From a virus (lineage: Duplodnaviria > Caudoviricetes), in IMG/VR virus record IMGVR_UViG_3300012231_000033, positions 1 to 32,665 of that record: a DNA stretch of 32,665 nucleotides. One strand, given 5' to 3'. The notes under the pieces are model-generated. The model saw only the letters and a program-made list of their open reading frames with translations, ran no database searches and had not been told where the DNA came from. A program made the translations under genes and the position numbers. Positions 26,662-32,665 of the stretch are shown piece after piece (positions within the stretch are counted from its first letter, which is position 1; every line of letters begins with the position of its first letter).

Positions 26662-27771
26662 TTACGCGGCGGTCTGTTCCATCGACAACCGTTCCCAATT
26701 CTCAGTGCGCATTCGCAGGCGCTTCTTGTGGTCCGGTTCGGCAGCGATCCGCTCTTGAAGAGTCTGTTGGCCTCCGGAGACCGCCGTTGAAGCACTGACC
26801 CGGATCGGCGCAACGCCAGGACCTGGCGGGCGCAACGCTCCCAGGGCATCAACGGTCCCTTCCTCGTCCTCCTGGTAGCGGGCGATCATGGCTTCCCGCA
26901 GTGCAGCCGGCAGGGCGCCGGTTCCAATGGCCGCGTCAACCGCAGCCGTCGCGCGAGCCTTCCGCGCGGAGGCATCAGAATTCTTGAGCCTTTCGTTCTC
27001 CGACTTGAGGGCATCGCGTTCGGAACGGACTGCCGCGATGTCTTCCGCCGGCGGGTTGGTGGTGGTGTTCTGTCGGCCGGCGGGGTTCTGACATCCGCAG
27101 GCCGTGATGTTTGGAGCATTCATGGCGATTCGATTGGGTTGTAGGACTGCCGGCGGATGCCGGAAATGGGAGAGGTCGAAGTTCATTTGTGCGGGGGCAG
27201 CATCGGTGATGATCGTGACGAAACCTGCCGTCATGGCTTCATCCGCGTTGAACCAGGTCTCATCGGCCATCCACTTCTTCGCTTGTTCCAGGGTCTTACC
27301 GGTGTCACTCGCGTAAAGGGCGGCGATGTCGTCGCTGATCTTGCGGAGGTCGGTCGCCATTTTCTCCATGACGGCCGCTGGCCCGAAGGCGAAGCCGCTC
27401 GGCTCATGGATCATCAGGAAGGACGCCGCACCCATGGACCGCCGGGCCTTCGGGGCAGCCATGAAGATCAGGGACGCCGCCGATGCGCCAAGCCCGTCAA
27501 TGACCGCGGAAAGGTTCGAGAAGCTCCGCAGGTAATTGGCGATGGCCGCCCCTGCGAAGACGCTTCCCCCTGGTGAGTTGATCCGCAGAGTGACGTTGCG
27601 ATCCCTGTAAGCACTGGTTGCTTCAACGAAATTCGCAGGACACACGCCGCCGTAGAACTCACAACCCGAATCATAAATGGCGTCATAAACGAAGATTTCG
27701 ACCGGCGCAGATCCGTCGTCAGCCTGGGCGCGGACTTCGAACCATTGGCGATTTGATGGCGGCGTATTCAT
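26662..27771 (-). CDS. ClpP-type prohead protease with C-terminal scaffold region
   Basis: INSPGGSVF, DGLGASAASLI, MIHEP, ETWFNADEA...GF; helical C-terminal half. Confidence 0.92.
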   Translation of the reverse strand: MNTPPSNRQWFEVRAQADDGSAPVEIFVYDAIYDSGCEFYGGVCPANFVEATSAYRDRNVTLRINSPGGSVFAGAAIANYLRSFSNLSAVIDGLGASAASLIFMAAPKARRSMGAASFLMIHEPSGFAFGPAAVMEKMATDLRKISDDIAALYASDTGKTLEQAKKWMADETWFNADEAMTAGFVTIITDAAPAQMNFDLSHFRHPPAVLQPNRIAMNAPNITACGCQNPAGRQNTTTNPPAEDIAAVRSERDALKSENERLKNSDASARKARATAAVDAAIGTGALPAALREAMIARYQEDEEGTVDALGALRPPGPGVAPIRVSASTAVSGGQQTLQERIAAEPDHKKRLRMRTENWERLSMEQTAA

Positions 27772-29255
27772 TAGCTTGGAGAGGGAATGACCATCTCGTC
27801 TTCCGGATCCGACAGGGTTTCCGCAGTCGCAGCTGGCAGGCTCTGGGCGGCGATTCGGTCGACTGAGATCCCGCGGGCCTTTGCGAGGGAATCGAGCAGG
27901 ACCGCTTCGTCAGCCTTCTGGGTCAGCTCCTCGACGTAATCGAGACCGAGCTCGGCGAAGATCCTCTTGTAGTTGGTCGTTCCTGCCGCGAGTTCGGCGA
28001 GCATGGCCGAGGCGTTGCGGCCGACGTCCACGTTGGGGGCTCGCGGCGGCCGCCAGGTGAACCGACGCCATTTGCCGGGACGATCGGCCAGGTTCGCCTC
28101 GGTCTGGATCCCGTACTCGAGGGCGTAGAAGTAAACCTGGGCGAAACCACGGATGAGGGCCGTCGATCGGATCCGGAACCAGGCCGCGGCGATATCGAGG
28201 ACGCTCCGCTGCACTGTCCCTTGCAGGCTCTCCGAATAGATGAGCTGCCGCGGGATGCCGACGCCGGCGCAGATTTTGTTCTCGAGGAGGACCCAGTATT
28301 CGCGGGTCGAACCGGAGGGCCGCTCAACCTTCAGCTGCTCGATGTCATCATCGTGCTGCATGAAGAACGTCCGACCCCCGACCGTGCTCTCGTAATAGGT
28401 CCGCTTCTGGGCCTGGGTCATCGAGCCCGCCGGAACAACCCCGCCTTGGGCGATGAGGTCGCCAACATCGGCTGTCCCGCTCTTGTTCTTGATGACGTTA
28501 GTTATCTCCGCTCCGTCACGGGCCGCCTTGCTCTCCATGATTTGGAGATCGTCCAGGTCATGGATGTCATTGAGGACCGCGTGCAGCATCGGGATTCCCC
28601 GGTATTGCCCGGGCCGCGAAGCCTCGAAGATGTGGACAACGAATTCTCTTGGGACCAGGCGCCATGATTTCTTTGCCACGCCTGAGCCCGTGACGTCCTC
28701 GCTGAACCAGTAGCCGGTCGGCCGACCGGCGTCATCGATGGCGACACCATCGACAACCGAAGAGCCTTCCTCCTGACGCCGATCATCGGGCGTCGAACAG
28801 CGATCAGCCTCCAGCATCTGAACCTGTGGCCGGCCGTCGTCGTCGTGGGTCAGGATGAAAAAGGCCTCACCGTCAAACACAAGAGCCCGGGCCGCCAGTT
28901 GTTGCAGGATGTTGAACCCGCAGCTGGAATAGAAATCCGCGTAAAGCTCCCACTCCACCCAGTAAGCGCGCGCCTGGTCGTTCCACTCCTTGTCATCGCT
29001 CGCCGGGTAGAAGCCTATCCCCACCCCCACCGTGTATTCCTCGAAGAGATCCGCCAGGCGTTGAACCAGGGCGTTGTTGCGTTCCCAGTACCGGCTCTTC
29101 CGCTGAAGCTCACGACGGCTCGAGGGCGTGTAATCGAACCGCGCCGCCTGCAGGGATCCGGGAAGCCAGGACCGGAAGAACTGGTTCTTGGCCGCCTCGT
29201 AATGACCGAAGACCGCCTTGATCCCGTTCCGAATTCTGGTGAGGACGCTGGGCAT
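27771..29255 (-). CDS. Portal protein, lambda family
   Basis: YEAA, DGEAF, LEADR, DGVAIDDAGRPTGYW, RPGQYRGIP; start moved to MPSVL. Confidence 0.93.
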   Translation of the reverse strand: MPSVLTRIRNGIKAVFGHYEAAKNQFFRSWLPGSLQAARFDYTPSSRRELQRKSRYWERNNALVQRLADLFEEYTVGVGIGFYPASDDKEWNDQARAYWVEWELYADFYSSCGFNILQQLAARALVFDGEAFFILTHDDDGRPQVQMLEADRCSTPDDRRQEEGSSVVDGVAIDDAGRPTGYWFSEDVTGSGVAKKSWRLVPREFVVHIFEASRPGQYRGIPMLHAVLNDIHDLDDLQIMESKAARDGAEITNVIKNKSGTADVGDLIAQGGVVPAGSMTQAQKRTYYESTVGGRTFFMQHDDDIEQLKVERPSGSTREYWVLLENKICAGVGIPRQLIYSESLQGTVQRSVLDIAAAWFRIRSTALIRGFAQVYFYALEYGIQTEANLADRPGKWRRFTWRPPRAPNVDVGRNASAMLAELAAGTTNYKRIFAELGLDYVEELTQKADEAVLLDSLAKARGISVDRIAAQSLPAATAETLSDPEDEMVIPSPS

Positions 29256-29263
29256 GGGAATGA

Positions 29264-29638
29264 TCAGCAGCCACACCCGCGAAGGCCATAGTTGCTCTTG
29301 ACCAGGTAACGGCCGGTCACGGCGGTCGCCGAGAGAAGGCAGTTGAACTTCTCCTCGTCGGTGCCCTCGCATTCCAAACACACCTCGGCGGTCAACGCCT
29401 GGAACTGGACCGATTCATCCTGAGGGACAACGTCGCTGTCGGCGTCGCCATAGGTGGCACTCTCACCGGCCCGAGAGGCGGAGGTGACGCGCCGGCCGGC
29501 GCCGGCAGTAGCCCCTTTCAAGGAAGCCGCCGCCTGGGTCTGGAGGTACTGACAGAAGGGAATCCCGCAGGCCTGTGCCTCAGCGTACCACGTCCGGAGG
29601 AGGATCCTCTTTTGCGCGGTGGAGAGGCTCGATGCCAT
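29264..29638 (-). CDS. Putative head-tail adaptor (gpW position), Cys-rich
   Basis: Directly before portal; VTSASRAGESATY hairpin-like motif; 7 Cys in 124 aa. Confidence 0.55.
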   Translation of the reverse strand: MASSLSTAQKRILLRTWYAEAQACGIPFCQYLQTQAAASLKGATAGAGRRVTSASRAGESATYGDADSDVVPQDESVQFQALTAEVCLECEGTDEEKFNCLLSATAVTGRYLVKSNYGLRGCGC

Positions 29639-29654
29639 CGATGGCGTGGAGCCT

Positions 29655-29685
29655 AGAAACGAAAGAGCCCGGAACGCATCCGGGC
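29655..29685 (-). terminator. Possible intrinsic terminator
   Basis: GCCCGGA-TGCGT-TCCGGGC then TCTTTCGTTT on the minus strand; imperfect U-tract. Confidence 0.4.
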
Positions 29686-29716
29686 CAATGGGTTCAATTC
29701 GGGTCGCTTGTGAGCG

Positions 29717-29893
29717 TTACGCCTCTAGTCCGCGAGCACGAAGGATCTGAAGGGTACGACGCTCGGGATACATGACCAGGCGCGGATTGACCCGGACGCG
29801 GATCTGGTCGAGCCCAAGCCTGCGCTCGTTACGCTTCACTGACTGGGTGGACATGCCGGTCCGCTGCGCGATTTGTTTGCGGGTCAGGTTCAC
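29717..29893 (-). CDS. Small HTH DNA-binding protein (58 aa)
   Basis: GTG start overlapping upstream TGA; LTRKQIAQRTGMSTQSVKRNE. Confidence 0.75.
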   Translation of the reverse strand: MNLTRKQIAQRTGMSTQSVKRNERRLGLDQIRVRVNPRLVMYPERRTLQILRARGLEA

Positions 29894-30180
29894 GCTTTGG
29901 CGGCATGGATCACGGCCTTGACGATGAAGCTTTGAACGCCAGCCATCCAGGCGAGGAGAACCCAATCGAGAACAAACCGGGCGGCCCCGTTCGACGACAG
30001 ATTCGCCGAAGGATGGAAGACGGCGATCACGACAAGGGCCACCCAGAAACCGAAACACCAGGGACACTGGAACAGCCGGCCGACCTTGGGAATGTCCCGC
30101 AGGGGTTTGCCCACCTTCATCTCGGCGACGGTCAGGGCCACGAAGGCCACGATCATCGAGAAGAGGACAAAGGTGAGCAT
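29890..30180 (-). CDS. Small membrane protein, DUF1360-like with CPWC motif
   Basis: Three hydrophobic segments; LFQCPWCFGFWVA. Confidence 0.65.
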   Translation of the reverse strand: MLTFVLFSMIVAFVALTVAEMKVGKPLRDIPKVGRLFQCPWCFGFWVALVVIAVFHPSANLSSNGAARFVLDWVLLAWMAGVQSFIVKAVIHAAKA

Positions 30181-30183
30181 GAG

Positions 30184-30249
30184 CTAACACCCGCTCGCGC
30201 ATCGGCGCACGGCCGGGAGCAGATAACGGATGCAGGTCCAGAAGTTCAC
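30184..30249 (-). CDS. Possible 21-aa Cys-rich peptide
   Basis: GTG overlapping the terminase stop; MNFWTCIRYLLPAVRRCASGC; ends 3 nt before next ATG. Confidence 0.35.
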   Translation of the reverse strand: MNFWTCIRYLLPAVRRCASGC

Positions 30250-32099
30250 GGCGTCTCTATGGCAGGCGCGGCGTTCCGCGGCAAGCTGGCAAGTCGCTTG
30301 TGTGCCATCGCCGCCAGGACTTGCAGAAGCTCGCAGTCGAGCAAATGGTCCGGCGCCTTCTTAACCCGCGGCCGCCATTGCATCTCCACCCGACCCGTCC
30401 GCCCACTGGCCACAGCTTTGAGGGTCCACGTGTCGAGGGACTCCCAATACGAATCCTCGTTAACCAGGCGAACCCCGACCAGGTCCGGACCGCACGGGAA
30501 GCTTGATACGGTCCATTGCGCGCCGGCGCATTCCGGATCCTTCCGCATCCGGTCCAGGGTATCGCGCAAGATGCCGGCGTTGTGCTCGAGGAGTGGCAGT
30601 TCAACGCGCATGGCCGGCGGCAATGCCGCTCGCGAGTAGAAGAACGGGACCGGCTGCCGGCTCTCTTTCAGGATCCAAACCATCCTGGCATCCCGACTCT
30701 TGACGGGCGTCCAGCCGACCGACAGCGGATATTGCCCAGGGCGAGGGACCATCTTGGCGTGGCGCATGCAGCGTTCGTAAACCTCCTGTCCGCGGAACCC
30801 GCTATCGACGAGCACCCGATGGTCCTCCACTTCACAGGCGAGTTGGATCCGGCGGATGTCCTCCCACCCATCGCAGTGGCCGGCGGCGACCAGGCGCGAA
30901 TTCCCGTTCTTCGCCCAGGACCTGACCACGAACCAAAACATGGGACTGACGGCCTGAACGTCGACGGTCATGAACGCGGCCGACTCCGGCAGCGGAGGCG
31001 CATCCGGCGGGGAGATGAGTTCCACCCGCTCGATCCGGCGGAGGTCCTGGTCAATCCACGGCTCGGCCAGGTCGCCGTTCACGAAGGCCTGGATCCCCAA
31101 GAGCGAATTGGTTGCCTGCAGGAACTTCACGGCCAAGGCGCCGAACGTGCACTTGCGATCCGGGGCGTACAGGCTCGAGAGCTGATAGCTGCGATCGCCG
31201 GCGAGGGCGTTGGGATTGGTCGCCCTCCATTGACCTCTTCGGAGCATGGCGAACTTGGCGGTGTCATCGAGGAGCGACGCGCACTCCTGACACTGGTAGC
31301 GCGCACTCGCCCGGACCCTCGGCATGATCCAATCCCCGTTTTCGTCCTTTGCCGCCTGGTCCCAGAGGACGCGCTTCCATTCGAGGATCTGGAAGGTCCC
31401 GCACTTCGGACACGGCACGAAGAACCGGCGTTGATCCCCGCGAAGGTATCGCTGCCAGATTTCCCCCTCTGTTGTCGTGGGAGTACTCGCCCTGACGATC
31501 CGCGCACCGCTGTAGCCCTTGACCCGTTGCTCGGCGAGCTCGAGGGCGCTGGCTTCCCTCGAGGAGGCCGCGGCGAACTTGTCCACCTCATCGGCGACGA
31601 GGAGGCCGACAGGACGGGATGAAATGTTCGACGGCGAATTGCTCCCCACGAAGTTCAAGGTGCACCGCCGGAAATGCTGCTCGAGGTTGGTGAAGTCCTG
31701 CTTCCTCGTCGGCAATTCACACTGAAAGCCCGGGGAGCCCAGAAGCAAAGGTCGCCATCGGCCCTTCGAAAATGACCGCCCGAGGTTTTCCGAGGGCATC
31801 ACCCACAGAATCGGCATGGCCGCATGGACAACGGTCCAGGCCGCACCGGTCATCAGGATGTTTGATTTCCCGGACTGGCTGCCAAAGACGAGCGTCATCT
31901 CGTCGATCGACCGGTCCTTGAAGCCGTCCAGGATCTCTCGGGCGTACGGACGAGCGGCGAAGGACAATGGCCCGGGGCTCTCGGTCTGGCGCTCCGTCAG
32001 GACCAGGTTGGCCTCGGCCCAGTCGGTGACGCCAAGGTCAGGCTCCGGCCGGTACAGGTTCCGCCGATATTCCAGGATCTCCTGTTGCTCCGCGTTCAA
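30246..32099 (-). CDS. Terminase large subunit, lambda GpA family
   Basis: FGSQSGKS Walker A, LLVADEVD Walker B, STPT, GDQRRFFVPCPKCG, TVDVQ, VDSG, DHLLDC. Confidence 0.95.
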   Translation of the reverse strand: MNAEQQEILEYRRNLYRPEPDLGVTDWAEANLVLTERQTESPGPLSFAARPYAREILDGFKDRSIDEMTLVFGSQSGKSNILMTGAAWTVVHAAMPILWVMPSENLGRSFSKGRWRPLLLGSPGFQCELPTRKQDFTNLEQHFRRCTLNFVGSNSPSNISSRPVGLLVADEVDKFAAASSREASALELAEQRVKGYSGARIVRASTPTTTEGEIWQRYLRGDQRRFFVPCPKCGTFQILEWKRVLWDQAAKDENGDWIMPRVRASARYQCQECASLLDDTAKFAMLRRGQWRATNPNALAGDRSYQLSSLYAPDRKCTFGALAVKFLQATNSLLGIQAFVNGDLAEPWIDQDLRRIERVELISPPDAPPLPESAAFMTVDVQAVSPMFWFVVRSWAKNGNSRLVAAGHCDGWEDIRRIQLACEVEDHRVLVDSGFRGQEVYERCMRHAKMVPRPGQYPLSVGWTPVKSRDARMVWILKESRQPVPFFYSRAALPPAMRVELPLLEHNAGILRDTLDRMRKDPECAGAQWTVSSFPCGPDLVGVRLVNEDSYWESLDTWTLKAVASGRTGRVEMQWRPRVKKAPDHLLDCELLQVLAAMAHKRLASLPRNAAPAIETP

Positions 32100-32665
32100 A
32101 GGGATTGGTCGAATACAGGGTTGCCAGGAAGGTGTCGTTGACCCACCGCCGCAGTTCAGCCTCGGCGTGATCAGGATCCTGGGGAGCGATCCGGGAGGCC
32201 AGGGCCCGGGGCATCGATCGAACGAGATTCACCAGGACGCCATCGTGCCGGGCGATGATCTCCCGGACCCATTGCCCGGAAACCATGGTCCGTTCCTTCT
32301 CCTGCAGGGCCAGCCATTCGCCCCGGGCGCTCATCAGGTTCCCGACGGCGTCGCGGTGGATCCTGACGCATTCTCGCTCGAGGACCCCTTCCCCCTTCTG
32401 CCGCGCGTCGGCCAACATCGCAAAGGCCAACCGCTCCACTTGCTCCAGGCGCGCCAGGAGAAGCTCAGCCGTGGGTGCGGGCCCCATGTCGAACTGGAGG
32501 CCGGGAGACGCCGGCGCGGCCGTAGCGGCCGCCTGGGGCGCAGCGTGACCGTTCCCGTTGGGTTCCTTCGAAACGTGGCCGTTGGTGGCCGCCTTCTCCA
32601 GCCGGGCACGGATGGGTGAATAACCTCGAGGCCGCCCTTCACGCCGAGGATTGAGGTCGAGCCAG
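32038..32665 (-). CDS. Putative terminase small subunit, 5'-truncated
   Basis: Frame stays open from 32038 to the window edge; helical C-terminus (MPRALASRIA) directly upstream of terL. Confidence 0.65.
   Translation of the reverse strand, partial: WLDLNPRREGRPRGYSPIRARLEKAATNGHVSKEPNGNGHAAPQAAATAAPASPGLQFDMGPAPTAELLLARLEQVERLAFAMLADARQKGEGVLERECVRIHRDAVGNLMSARGEWLALQEKERTMVSGQWVREIIARHDGVLVNLVRSMPRALASRIAPQDPDHAEAELRRWVNDTFLATLYSTNPFERGATGDPGISAEPVPAGA

Noticed and set aside
26593-26698. Frameshift fusion of protease/scaffold to capsid
   Set aside because: The capsid frame overlaps the protease end, but I see no slippery heptamer and the capsid has its own plausible ATG
783-32619. Long plus-strand ORFs such as 783-1466, 3950-4813, 19374-20255 and 30516-31622
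   Set aside because: They are antisense shadows of well-supported minus-strand genes in GC-rich DNA and have no recognisable motifs

Overview
Nearly the whole genome of a GC-rich temperate tailed phage, most genes on the minus strand. Left to right: candidate replication origin; split AEP primase and D5/P4-type SF3 helicase; ASCH protein; Pif1-like helicase; SSB-like protein; VRR-NUC nuclease; small early genes; an excisionase-like HTH; two divergent ribbon-helix-helix genes; an attP made of the 3' half of a tRNA-Met(CAT) with arm repeats and a terminator; tyrosine integrase; an O-antigen ligase/Wzy_C-like membrane protein. Tail genes, head genes (major capsid, ClpP-type protease/scaffold, lambda-type portal) and a lambda GpA-type terminase follow. 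attP is internal, so this looks like the excised form. No endolysin is recognisable. The most unusual signal is that three fibre/tailspike-like proteins inside the virion operon carry Sec signal peptides and are strongly enriched in Thr-Asn/Ser-Asn dipeptides, unlike their signal-less neighbours. The capsid and adaptor are also unusually Cys-rich. This suggests, as inference only, export and possible periplasmic modification of virion appendages. All product calls come from motif recognition by eye; no database search was run. A Verrucomicrobiota/PVC host is a guess.
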